This document shows, piece by piece, positions 17,447 to 26,427 of a stretch of 43,273 nucleotides of DNA. Each line of letters opens with the position of its first letter. Positions within the stretch are counted from its first letter, which is position 1. The position numbers were made by a program, and so were the translations under genes. The notes beneath the pieces are model-generated. The model worked only from the letters and a program-made list of their open reading frames with translations. It was not told the origin of the DNA and searched no databases. Origin of the DNA: Lachnospiraceae bacterium (lineage in GTDB: Bacteria > Bacillota > Clostridia > Lachnospirales > Lachnospiraceae); NCBI GenBank assembly GCA_024403635.1, contig JAKSRL010000001.1, positions 1 to 43,273 on the forward strand, read 5' to 3'.

Positions 17447-19096
17447 TTAAGCATTGTCACGATAACGGTATTTAGCATAGTGTCCTTTGTTGATAGGTTC
17501 CAATATTCCTTGGCTTACAAGTCCTTTTAATAATCGATATGCTTTATTATCATCAACATGAAGTAGCTGAACAACATCAGCACGAGCTATAAAATCATTA
17601 GTCTTTGCAAGATTGATGATGAGCTCGGGGTATCGGGTTTCGTCAATATCAACCTGACGAACATAACCAATACGTTTGGATTTTGTGCTATATACCTTTG
17701 GGGATAGAATATAAGTTCTATTTCGACCGCTACCATAGATTTCTACAATTCCACATTCAATTGATGTATCTAGAATGGTCTTCGTTATAATCTCGGACAG
17801 GTTTGTTGCTTCAGCGAGTTCTGAAATATTGGATCGTGGCATATCCTTCAGCATGTTGAGAACTAAAAGTGTATTTAATGATAACGGTCTTCCGAGCCGA
17901 TTCTGTTCATTGGATATAAGCTTTGCAATTTGAGAATCTGGTTTACTACGAGGAATGAAAAGTGAAACCGTAACTGGAGTCGAATTACTATAATCTGGAA
18001 GTGGATTTCCATATATGAGAGAACCCTCAAAGATACGATCTATTCCTCGTCCGGTTTTTTCTGCTAAACCAATGCGTTTTAAAGCATCAGCAAGTTGTGG
18101 ATTTCTTCCATGAGGTTCCGCAGTAAGTAAATTTTTTATGGAAACGCCTTCTATAAAACCTCCTGGATTTGCAATAGTAAGGCCTTCGTCACTTATAGCA
18201 ACACGTACACGGCCCATCTTAGAGTAGTCTCTATGACTAAATGCATTAACAAGAGCTTCACGGTAGGCTCTTTTATTAAAGTCGGGAACAGACATACGAA
18301 AAAGCCCCATTTCAATTTCTTGCTCGGGATTCCATGCCTCCATATACGTGTTAATTTTATCGATGGTAGATAATAAAGGAAGGCAGATATCGTCATTAAC
18401 TTTCACATCGGTACCGGATAAAACCTGAAATGATGAAGTGTGTGTAGGTATATATCGCTTAATTGCATCAACTCTGCCTATCATCAAAATCCCGGTGATT
18501 GTCGGAATTAATTGTCCATTGAAATCTCGAACAAATCCTAATGCCTTAAACAAGTCTTCTACTGGAAGGTCTAGAAGGGACCGCTCACCATTGTATGCAA
18601 GAATGACATTTCGCAAATGTTCTATTTCTAAAGGGTCAAAATCATCTATAGAACACTCTAAAACTGGCATAGCAGAATAATCAAGCATACGAAGGTCAGA
18701 AAGCCTGGTTGCAAATTCTGAAGGATACATCGGAACATTTTCAGGAGTACCATCTGCCTTGATTTGACGCCGTTGAACTTTTCCGGAAATTGTAGCAACA
18801 ATACCGCCGTAAGACTTTGGAACAGAGATTTTCAGTACCGGATGAATATCTTCTATTATTTCTGCACGTATGGAAACAGGTGGCAGAGTATTATTAGCGA
18901 TATAAGCTCCAAGCGTTGTTGGGTCATTATGATCTTTGTGGACTCCGGTTACCTCACCAGAATCTTCAATTCCTAAATATAAGTCGCCACCTTCAGTATT
19001 CGCAAAAGCAACTACTGCATCGAATATATCAGAGTTTTGTACTTTGCTTTTATCGCTTTTAAATTCAATAGTAAGAGTTTCTTTTTTCGGTAACAT
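17447..19096 (-). CDS. AlbA_2 (Schlafen-like) DNA-binding domain protein with HATPase_c_4-like and C-terminal wHTH regions
   Basis: N-terminal ETLTIEFKS...VVAFANTEGGDLYLGIEDSGEVTG is the AlbA_2 signature. The middle REALVNAFSHRDYS...GLTIANPGG...RNPQLADALKRIGLAEKTGRGIDRI is typical of these 'putative ATP-dependent DNA helicase recG C-terminal' proteins. GGAGG RBS. The gene is visibly AT-richer than its flanks. Confidence 0.8.
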   Translation of the reverse strand: MLPKKETLTIEFKSDKSKVQNSDIFDAVVAFANTEGGDLYLGIEDSGEVTGVHKDHNDPTTLGAYIANNTLPPVSIRAEIIEDIHPVLKISVPKSYGGIVATISGKVQRRQIKADGTPENVPMYPSEFATRLSDLRMLDYSAMPVLECSIDDFDPLEIEHLRNVILAYNGERSLLDLPVEDLFKALGFVRDFNGQLIPTITGILMIGRVDAIKRYIPTHTSSFQVLSGTDVKVNDDICLPLLSTIDKINTYMEAWNPEQEIEMGLFRMSVPDFNKRAYREALVNAFSHRDYSKMGRVRVAISDEGLTIANPGGFIEGVSIKNLLTAEPHGRNPQLADALKRIGLAEKTGRGIDRIFEGSLIYGNPLPDYSNSTPVTVSLFIPRSKPDSQIAKLISNEQNRLGRPLSLNTLLVLNMLKDMPRSNISELAEATNLSEIITKTILDTSIECGIVEIYGSGRNRTYILSPKVYSTKSKRIGYVRQVDIDETRYPELIINLAKTNDFIARADVVQLLHVDDNKAYRLLKGLVSQGILEPINKGHYAKYRYRDNA

Positions 19097-19253
19097 AATA
19101 ATACCTCCAAATAAAATCTAACACATATGCGCATTAAAATCAACAATTCCAACGCGCGAACGCGTTAAAACTGTTGATGATGCGTTGGATTACATTTTTT
19201 TATGGGTTGTATTTCGTATAAGAAATCTTTATGTATGTTAAATAATCTATCAA

Positions 19254-19574
19254 TTAGTCTAACAACTCAAACTCCTCTTCGTCCGTAAAGCATTCCAGAT
19301 TTTCAATCTCTTCTCTGGAAAGGCCTTTCCGCAAAGCGTAGGAACTGACGATGAATTCAAAGGTCGTATTGTAATGAATTGCCTGGAATTTTAAAGGGTT
19401 CGTGATCTCATCATCGTAAATAACGAGTATGTCCTCCACCGGTTCCCCGTCCGGGCGGGAATAGACCACACCTTCCCGAACGCTGATTCCAACGCTCGGA
19501 ATCGTAACTTTCATTCCATACACAGCGGACTCATAGTCCTCGTCGCTTTCAATCGTATATTCTTTCAGCCCCAT
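19254..19574 (-). CDS. hyperacidic small protein, paralogue of 9652-10041 (N-terminus uncertain)
   Basis: Aligns with the 9652 protein over its whole length. The homology continues ~25 codons upstream of the first ATG (to ~19649), where only a CTG preceded by AAAGGAAG is available as a start. Confidence 0.55.
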   Translation of the reverse strand: MGLKEYTIESDEDYESAVYGMKVTIPSVGISVREGVVYSRPDGEPVEDILVIYDDEITNPLKFQAIHYNTTFEFIVSSYALRKGLSREEIENLECFTDEEEFELLD

Positions 19575-19771
19575 GAAAAGGGTGTCGTATTTTTCATTCA
19601 GTTCATAACTGATGTCGTCGTACTCATCCGGCGTGAATTTGTCGGTCAGGAGGGTACTTCCTTTGTTGTTGCGTGGTTGAAATCTTTGTGGTCATCCTAC
19701 GGATGATTCTTGAAATTAGTATAAGGGAAAGAGCAGGAGTGTCAATGGGGAGGGAAGACTATCAAATATTA

Positions 19772-19822
19772 GTTTGAAATATCAAACAGAATATTGAGTG
19801 ATTAATCTAATTATGGTACACT
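19772..19822 (+). promoter_or_regulatory. operator-like palindrome plus promoter upstream of the XRE gene
   Basis: Inverted repeat GTTTGA-AATA-TCAAAC (~19772-19787), then TTGAGT, a 17-nt spacer, and TGgTACACT (extended -10) at ~19794-19822. Confidence 0.4.
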
Positions 19823-19860
19823 AAACATGTATTATTTTAGCCTTGAGAAGGAGAGTAATA

Positions 19861-20067
19861 ATGACTGTAAGTTATAAAAAACTATGGCATATTCTTGTAG
19901 ACCGGAATATGAAAAAGAAAGATCTGGAAGAAGCAGCGAATATTACCCATTATCAAATGTATAAACTTGCAAATGATAAAGACATTACGACAGATGTCAT
20001 TGGAGCAATATGTGAAGCTCTTGACGTAGAACCTAATGACATTATGGAATTTGTAGCGGAGAAATAG
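19861..20067 (+). CDS. XRE-family HTH protein (possible R-M controller)
   Basis: ATG at 19861 follows AAGGAGAG; the track start at 19843 is TTG. The 68-aa HTH pattern KKKDLEEAANITHYQMYKLANDKDITTDVIGAICEALDVEPNDIMEF is Cro/C1-type. Confidence 0.75.
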   Translation: MTVSYKKLWHILVDRNMKKKDLEEAANITHYQMYKLANDKDITTDVIGAICEALDVEPNDIMEFVAEK

Positions 20068-20135
20068 GGAGTCCGTATTTTTGGACAACTGGTTATGTTA
20101 TATTGTCGTTATGAATTATTAACGGAGATGGGAAA

Positions 20136-20834
20136 ATGCTTCTAGAATATTTTAAAAGATATATAAAGGTATCGCGTGGTGTTACGGATAAATCAGTGAA
20201 ACATTATGTCACGGGAATAAATACGATAAATTCTTTATTAAAGAAATATGATTATCCAATTAAAAATGTATTTGAAGTAAATAGCATTGAAGAACTGGAT
20301 GACATTTTACTTTTTTTAACAAGTAATGAGGAGTTTGAGAGAAAAGATTCAGTCGGACATAATATGTATAGTGTAGCTTTTAAGCATTTTTACAGTTTTG
20401 CAAAAGAAGAAACAAACTTTTTTGGAAATAATATAGAAACAATGGATATGGTTGTGGAAATTCCGAAACAATCAACATCTACAACAACAAAGTGGAATAG
20501 AAATCAAATACTGATCACGCAAGCTATTGAGGGAGCTCACTATTTATGTGAGCATAATCGCAATCATGAAACTTTTATTTCAAAAGCAACTGGTAAAGCT
20601 TATATGGAAGGCCATCATCTCATTCCACTAAAATACCAGAAATCGTTTTCTCACAGCATAGATGTTTATGCAAATATTGTTTGTCTTTGTCCGATATGTC
20701 ATAGATTGCTTCATTATGGAACGGATAAAGAAAAATCTTATGCAGCTGAAGAACTTTTTGACACAAGACAAGAAAGACTCGAAAACAGCGGAATAGATCT
20801 ATCGAAAAAAGAGTTTTTGGAACTTGTTATATAG
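20136..20834 (+). CDS. HNH endonuclease with an uncharacterised N-terminal domain
   Basis: C-terminal MEGHHLIPL...NIVCLCPICHRLLHYG is an HNH/His-Me finger with a Cys pair. The N-terminal ~110 aa are not assignable. Confidence 0.75.
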   Translation: MLLEYFKRYIKVSRGVTDKSVKHYVTGINTINSLLKKYDYPIKNVFEVNSIEELDDILLFLTSNEEFERKDSVGHNMYSVAFKHFYSFAKEETNFFGNNIETMDMVVEIPKQSTSTTTKWNRNQILITQAIEGAHYLCEHNRNHETFISKATGKAYMEGHHLIPLKYQKSFSHSIDVYANIVCLCPICHRLLHYGTDKEKSYAAEELFDTRQERLENSGIDLSKKEFLELVI

Positions 20835-20845
20835 GAACTTGTTAC

Positions 20846-21262
20846 ATGGATAAACACACGCCAGAGCAGCGACGCAAAAACATGCAAGCTGTAAAAAATA
20901 AAGATTCGAAAATTGAACTATTGCTTCGAAAAGAACTATGGAGCAGGGGATTGCGATATCGAAAAAACACCAATAAAGTTTTTGGACATCCAGACATAGT
21001 TTTTATTGGAGAAAAAGTTGCAGTATTTTGCGATAGCGAATTTTGGCATGGATACGATTGGGAGAATCGAAAAAAAGATTTTAAATCAAATCAAGATTTT
21101 TGGATACCGAAGATAGAACGAAATATACAAAGAGATATTGAAGTGAATGAAAGACTTCATATGGACGGATGGATCGTTTTAAGGTTTTGGGGAAAAGAAA
21201 TTAAAAAAGACCCTAAGGGTTGTGCAGATATAATTGAAAGGGTGGTAAGACACGATGAGTAA
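20846..21262 (+). CDS. vsr: very-short-patch repair endonuclease
   Basis: TPEQRRKNMQAVKNKDSKIELLLRKELWSRGLRYR...PDIVF...VAVFCDSEFWHG is the canonical Vsr pattern. Overlaps the downstream Dcm gene by 8 nt. Confidence 0.9.
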   Translation: MDKHTPEQRRKNMQAVKNKDSKIELLLRKELWSRGLRYRKNTNKVFGHPDIVFIGEKVAVFCDSEFWHGYDWENRKKDFKSNQDFWIPKIERNIQRDIEVNERLHMDGWIVLRFWGKEIKKDPKGCADIIERVVRHDE

Positions 21263-22259
21263 ATATAAATCAATTGATTTATTTGCAGGCATTGGCGGAA
21301 TAAGAATGGGATTTGACAATGTTTTTGGAGAAGATATCGAAACCGTTTTTGTTTCAGAATGGGATGAGCCTGCACAAAAAACATATAAAGCTAATTTTCA
21401 AGATGATTTTGAAATTGCCGGAGATATTACAAAAGTTGATGAAAAAGATGTTCCTGGATTTGATATTTGTCTTGCAGGCTTCCCTTGCCAGGCATTTAGC
21501 CTTGCCGGACAAAGAAAAGGATTTGATGATGACTATAAAGGTAACTGCAGAGGAACACTTTTCTTAGATGTTGCGCGTATTTGTGAATACCATAAACCAA
21601 AAGTTATTTTTTGTGAAAATGTAAAAGGCTTGGTAATACATGATAAAGGAAGAACCTTTAAGATTATTACAAAAACCTTTGAAGACTTAGGATATAAAGT
21701 ATTTTATAAAATTTTAAATTCTAAAAATTTCGGTGTTCCACAAAACCGAGAAAGAATATATATTGTTGCATTTAGAAATGATATTGCACCTGAAACTTTT
21801 GAGTTCCCGGAAAAAACAGACGATACAAAATGTCTTTGGGATATCAAAGAGGAAAAACCTGTTCCGGCAAAATATGATTTGAGCGATGTCTACGTTGAAA
21901 CTCTTCGTAAACACAAAGCTCGTCATGCTGCAAAAGGAAATGGATTCGGTTATGAAATTCGCGATTGGAGCGATGTCGCAGGAGCGATTGTATGCGGCGG
22001 AATGGGAAGAGAAAGAAATCTGGTAATAGATAAAAGACAGAAAGATCTTGTTCCAACAACTCATATTAAAGGTGAAATCAATAAAGAGGGAATTCGAAAA
22101 ATGACTCCACGTGAGTGGGCACGTTTGCAGGGATTTCCAGACAGTTTTGTGCTTCCTTTAGCGGATACACATCTTTACAAGCAGTTTGGAAATAGCGTAA
22201 CGGTAAATGTAATTGAAGCTATTGCAAGGGCGATAAAGAAGGTACTGGATGAAGGTTGA
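21255..22259 (+). CDS. dcm: DNA (cytosine-5)-methyltransferase
   Basis: m5C MTase motifs: I DLFAGIGG, IV GFPCQAFS, VI ENVKG, VIII QNRERIYIV, X QFGNSV. Confidence 0.92.
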   Translation: MSKYKSIDLFAGIGGIRMGFDNVFGEDIETVFVSEWDEPAQKTYKANFQDDFEIAGDITKVDEKDVPGFDICLAGFPCQAFSLAGQRKGFDDDYKGNCRGTLFLDVARICEYHKPKVIFCENVKGLVIHDKGRTFKIITKTFEDLGYKVFYKILNSKNFGVPQNRERIYIVAFRNDIAPETFEFPEKTDDTKCLWDIKEEKPVPAKYDLSDVYVETLRKHKARHAAKGNGFGYEIRDWSDVAGAIVCGGMGRERNLVIDKRQKDLVPTTHIKGEINKEGIRKMTPREWARLQGFPDSFVLPLADTHLYKQFGNSVTVNVIEAIARAIKKVLDEG

Positions 22260-23400
22260 ATCAATTGAAGGAAAAAAATTGAATAAAGGCGAATGGGCCG
22301 AGTTTTATGTATTACTCAAATTACTGGGAGAAGGTCGACTTTATACCGCTGATTCAAAGCTGCGAAAAGATAGTGAGAGTTTTCTGGATATCTTGAAAGT
22401 AATACGTCAAGAAGATGACACATCTGTTCTGGAATACGTTATTGATAGAGATAACAATCAGGTTGTAATAAATGAACAAGGAAAGGGGACTCTTGATAGT
22501 ATACCAGCAGCGGATTTTGCAGATAATGCTCAAATATTATTTGACGGAATAAATAAAACAAAAGGAAATTCTGTTCCAGCACCGAAGGCAGTATGTGATT
22601 TTGCAAAAGAGATTTATGTAAGCAAACCTAAAGCTCCGTCAGTAAAAACGCTTAAGAAGCAATTTGGCGGAAAAAGCGATATTTTTATTGAGGCAAGAGA
22701 TGGAAAAACTTCTGTTACTTCGGTCATGGGATTTTCAATAAAGTCAAGATTTGGTCAAAATCCAACTTTGTTTAATGCAGGATCATCATCACAGTTCTTA
22801 TACAAGTTAGAAAATTGCAATGACGAATTAATGACAGAATTTAATGCCATATCTGATGGTGGCGGACGAGGCTGGGGATTGTGCAAAGAATATTTGTTAC
22901 TTCATGGTATAACAATGCAATTCACCCAAACACAGAATCCGATTTATAACGACAATTTATTTTTGGTCAGAGAGTCCATGAGTAAAATTTTAGCCTGGTG
23001 TGCAAAAGACCGTTTGATAGATTCTCAAAGTGATTATGAAGTATTAGAGACTGTTAAGAGAATGACAGCTGCAAACCCTCTTCATGTACCAAATGCACCA
23101 GTATATTACGAAAAAGCAATGAAAGACTTTTTGATGGCAGGATTCACAGGAATGACGGCAGGAAAAGTTTGGGATGGAAAAGAACAGGTAAATGGTGGAT
23201 ATATTGTTGTAATGGATGATGGAGATGTTCTTTGCTATCATTCCAACGACCGAGAAGCGTTTAGAGATTATTTATATAAAAACACTTATTTTGAATATGT
23301 CAGTGCAGATAAATATTGCTGGAGCCGTATTCAAAAAATAGATGGAGAGTATTATCTGCCGTTAAATATTTCGGTAAGGTTTAATAAGAAAATTAGGTAA
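22249..23400 (+). CDS. type II restriction endonuclease, HpaII-like (RE_HpaII family)
   Basis: Overlaps the MTase stop by 11 nt. The N-terminal NKGEWAEFYVLLKLLGEGRLY and the central GFSIKS..GQNPTLFNAGSS match my recollection of the HpaII endonuclease family. Size is 383 aa. Confidence 0.65.
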   Translation: MKVESIEGKKLNKGEWAEFYVLLKLLGEGRLYTADSKLRKDSESFLDILKVIRQEDDTSVLEYVIDRDNNQVVINEQGKGTLDSIPAADFADNAQILFDGINKTKGNSVPAPKAVCDFAKEIYVSKPKAPSVKTLKKQFGGKSDIFIEARDGKTSVTSVMGFSIKSRFGQNPTLFNAGSSSQFLYKLENCNDELMTEFNAISDGGGRGWGLCKEYLLLHGITMQFTQTQNPIYNDNLFLVRESMSKILAWCAKDRLIDSQSDYEVLETVKRMTAANPLHVPNAPVYYEKAMKDFLMAGFTGMTAGKVWDGKEQVNGGYIVVMDDGDVLCYHSNDREAFRDYLYKNTYFEYVSADKYCWSRIQKIDGEYYLPLNISVRFNKKIR

Positions 23401-23488
23401 TTAGGTGCAAATGTTTGTTTGAATCCTTTTTAGACAAGTATAAGTCAACTTTTTAAAGAATCTATTAAAAAAACTGGAGGCATAAATT

Positions 23489-25306
23489 ATGGATGGTCAA
23501 GCAAGAGAGTTTATGTGGATAAAAGATGCGGGAAAACTGGAAGTGCCTTTTTTCCAACGTCCTTATGTTTGGGATGAAGAAGATTTTACGGCATTAATTG
23601 AGAGCTTTCTTGACGCACCGGGAAAAACAATGCCATTTTTTGGAAGCGTTATCTTTAAAAAAATAGGGGATGAAGAAAATAGTTATCACTTGATAGTAGA
23701 TGGACAACAAAGAATAACTACTTTTAATATTCTTATAAGAGCATTGCTTGATTTAAGAGGAATCAACGCTTTTCAAATAGCACCAACAATAGAACAGGAT
23801 CTTAAATATGTTCTGTATAATATTGAAGTCGATGATGAAGGAGTTGAAAATTATGAATTAAGACTTGTTCCGTCGAATTCTGACAAAAAGTCATTTGAAC
23901 AGATCATGGACGTAAGTTCAAAACGTCCTTTAGATATTGATACGCTTGGAGACACACCAATCGAAAAAGCTTATACCTTTTTCTACACCTATTTTTCAAG
24001 CGATAAAGAGCGTGCTAAAGAATTTTGTATACGACTTTACAATAAAAATAAAAGCATGATTTATATTATTCTTGATAATAAGGATGATGAACAAAAAATA
24101 TTTGACTCAGTGAATAGCTTGGGAAAGGTGCTGTCAAATTCTGACATTATAAAGAATTATTTATTCCAAAAATTAAAGGAAAAAGCAGGAAATGATTCAG
24201 TCCAGCAAAAAGAAGTTATGGACTTATATTACAAATATTGGGATGCTATTTTTTATTCGGCTGATAAAAAGACCTTTGGGTATACAAAATTCACGGTCGG
24301 AAGGATAACAACAGACCACCTGGAAAGCTTGTTAAAAGATGTGGCAATTGTAAAAAAAATATATGCAGCCAAAAAGACAACTGGTACGTATGGTCTTTGT
24401 AATGCATATAAAAACTATATTAATGATTTGGATAATGTTCAACTCAAAGAATTGGTTAAGGATATTTATTCATATGCAGAGGTATATTATAAATATAAAA
24501 CAGAGTATGCGGATTTAAAACGATTTGCTTGGGATGATGCTAAAAACAGATTGTTGTTGATTTTTGATGTATTGGAAACATCAACTTTCAATCCGTATTT
24601 GTTGAAGCTTTTTAAAGAAAATGCTTCCGACATGGAAGAAAAGATGTTGAGATTGGAAAAATTCTTCTTAACACGTTTCATTTATGAAGCGAAAACTAAA
24701 AACTATAATCAGTGTTGCGAAGGCCTGATAAATGCGATAGATGATGAAATATATTTTAATGAATATATGAAAGAATCGCCTCCAGATTCAACATCATATA
24801 AAAATAAATTCCGAAAATTAACGAATAAACAAGGCGTACTATTCTTATTCCTGATAGAGATGTTAATTAGAAGGGGACAAGAAGATAAATATTCAGATGT
24901 ATTGAATATAGGACTATATACGCTCGAGCATATTATGCCTCAAAAATGGAACACCAATAATGACTGGTTTAAGGTTCCATCATACGATGAGAACGGAAAA
25001 CAAATTGATACAGGGAATATGCAGGCCTTTTTGGATAATAGGAATTCAGCGGTTGGCTCCATTGGCAATTTTGCGCTGCTGACTGCAAAATTAAATTCAT
25101 CCGTTAGTAATAGTTCTTTCGAGATTAAAATTAATGGAAACGGAAAGAAAAACGGACAAGGCATAAAAGCATATGCAGCAGCACTTGCAACAACAAAAGC
25201 TGTTATTGATATTTATGACAGTAGTGCTAACTGGGATGAAAAAAATATCTATAAAAAAGAAAAAGAATACTTTGGTTTATTGAATGATTTTTATGGATTT
25301 GAATGA
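23489..25306 (+). CDS. GmrSD-family type IV (modification-dependent) restriction enzyme, DUF262 + DUF1524
   Basis: The N-terminal FFQRPYVWDEEDF and VDGQQRITT are DUF262/ParB-like NTPase motifs. The C-terminal LEHIMPQKW ... GNFALLTAKLNSSVSN is the DUF1524 His-Me finger. TGGAGG RBS. Confidence 0.85.
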   Translation: MDGQAREFMWIKDAGKLEVPFFQRPYVWDEEDFTALIESFLDAPGKTMPFFGSVIFKKIGDEENSYHLIVDGQQRITTFNILIRALLDLRGINAFQIAPTIEQDLKYVLYNIEVDDEGVENYELRLVPSNSDKKSFEQIMDVSSKRPLDIDTLGDTPIEKAYTFFYTYFSSDKERAKEFCIRLYNKNKSMIYIILDNKDDEQKIFDSVNSLGKVLSNSDIIKNYLFQKLKEKAGNDSVQQKEVMDLYYKYWDAIFYSADKKTFGYTKFTVGRITTDHLESLLKDVAIVKKIYAAKKTTGTYGLCNAYKNYINDLDNVQLKELVKDIYSYAEVYYKYKTEYADLKRFAWDDAKNRLLLIFDVLETSTFNPYLLKLFKENASDMEEKMLRLEKFFLTRFIYEAKTKNYNQCCEGLINAIDDEIYFNEYMKESPPDSTSYKNKFRKLTNKQGVLFLFLIEMLIRRGQEDKYSDVLNIGLYTLEHIMPQKWNTNNDWFKVPSYDENGKQIDTGNMQAFLDNRNSAVGSIGNFALLTAKLNSSVSNSSFEIKINGNGKKNGQGIKAYAAALATTKAVIDIYDSSANWDEKNIYKKEKEYFGLLNDFYGFE

Positions 25307-25371
25307 TCACTGATGTTTGACTGGTAAAATGAATTGATAGTTTTTTCTTTTGTAAAGAAGGTATATGTTTT

Positions 25372-26427
25372 ATGTCAATAGAGATAATTGATCTTTTTTG
25401 CGGTATTGGCGGTTTGACCCGAGGTTTGATAGATTCGGGACTTAACGTGGTAGCAGGATTTGATATTGATCCTACTTGCAAATATACATATGAGCATAAC
25501 AATAAAGTGCCGTATTGTATGCAGAATATAAGAGAAGTGCAAGCGGAAGATTTAGAAAAAAAATATACAGAAAATGCAACAAAAATTCTTGTTGGCTGTG
25601 CTCCCTGTCAACCTTTTTCAAAGATGCGTTTTAAATTAGGGGAAGCAAATGAAAGCGATGAAAAGTATAACCTTTTATTGGAATTTGGAAGGCTAATTGA
25701 AGAAGTTCAACCAACTATTATTTCAATGGAAAATGTACCCCAAATTAAAGAAACTGATATTTATTCGCAATTTATTCAGGTTTTAGAAAGAAATGGTTAT
25801 CATTATAGCGATAAAGTAGTATACTGCCCTGATTATGGTATTCCTCAATCGCGACGCAGATTTGTTCTTGTTGGTTCTCTGCTTGGGCCAATAGAATTAA
25901 TCCCTCCGACTCATCGACGCGAAGATGTTAATGTCAAAGATTTTATTGGTGGGTTACCACATATTGAAGCGGGAAAAACTGACCCAGATGATCCATTGCA
26001 TCGTTCAGCAGCTTTATCTGAAACAAATTTAAAGAGAATTAAGGCATCTAAACCAGGTGGAACCTGGCACGACTGGCCAGAGAATTTAAGATGCCCATGT
26101 CATACAAAAGAATCTGGGAAAACATACAGCTCAGTATATGGGAGAATGTCTTGGGATAAAATTGGACCAACTATTACAACTCAATTTTACAGCTTTGGCA
26201 CGGGAAGATATGGGCATCCAGAGCAGGACCGCGCATTATCTCTTAGAGAAGGCGCATTACTACAAACATTTCCGATAGATTATGACTTTATTGACCCAGG
26301 CAAGAGGTTTGTTTTTGGGGATATAGCGAGACATATAGGAAATGCAGTTCCTGTTAAGTTGGGGGAAGTAATTGGAAAAACTATAGTGAATCATTTAGCA
26401 GACAATAATGTTGGAGAGGAAGAATAA
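25372..26427 (+). CDS. DNA (cytosine-5)-methyltransferase (second copy, different lineage)
   Basis: Motifs DLFCGIGG, GCAPCQPFS, ENVP, QSRRRFVLVG, IGNAVPVKL. A long variable region lies between motifs VIII and IX. Confidence 0.9.
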   Translation: MSIEIIDLFCGIGGLTRGLIDSGLNVVAGFDIDPTCKYTYEHNNKVPYCMQNIREVQAEDLEKKYTENATKILVGCAPCQPFSKMRFKLGEANESDEKYNLLLEFGRLIEEVQPTIISMENVPQIKETDIYSQFIQVLERNGYHYSDKVVYCPDYGIPQSRRRFVLVGSLLGPIELIPPTHRREDVNVKDFIGGLPHIEAGKTDPDDPLHRSAALSETNLKRIKASKPGGTWHDWPENLRCPCHTKESGKTYSSVYGRMSWDKIGPTITTQFYSFGTGRYGHPEQDRALSLREGALLQTFPIDYDFIDPGKRFVFGDIARHIGNAVPVKLGEVIGKTIVNHLADNNVGEEE

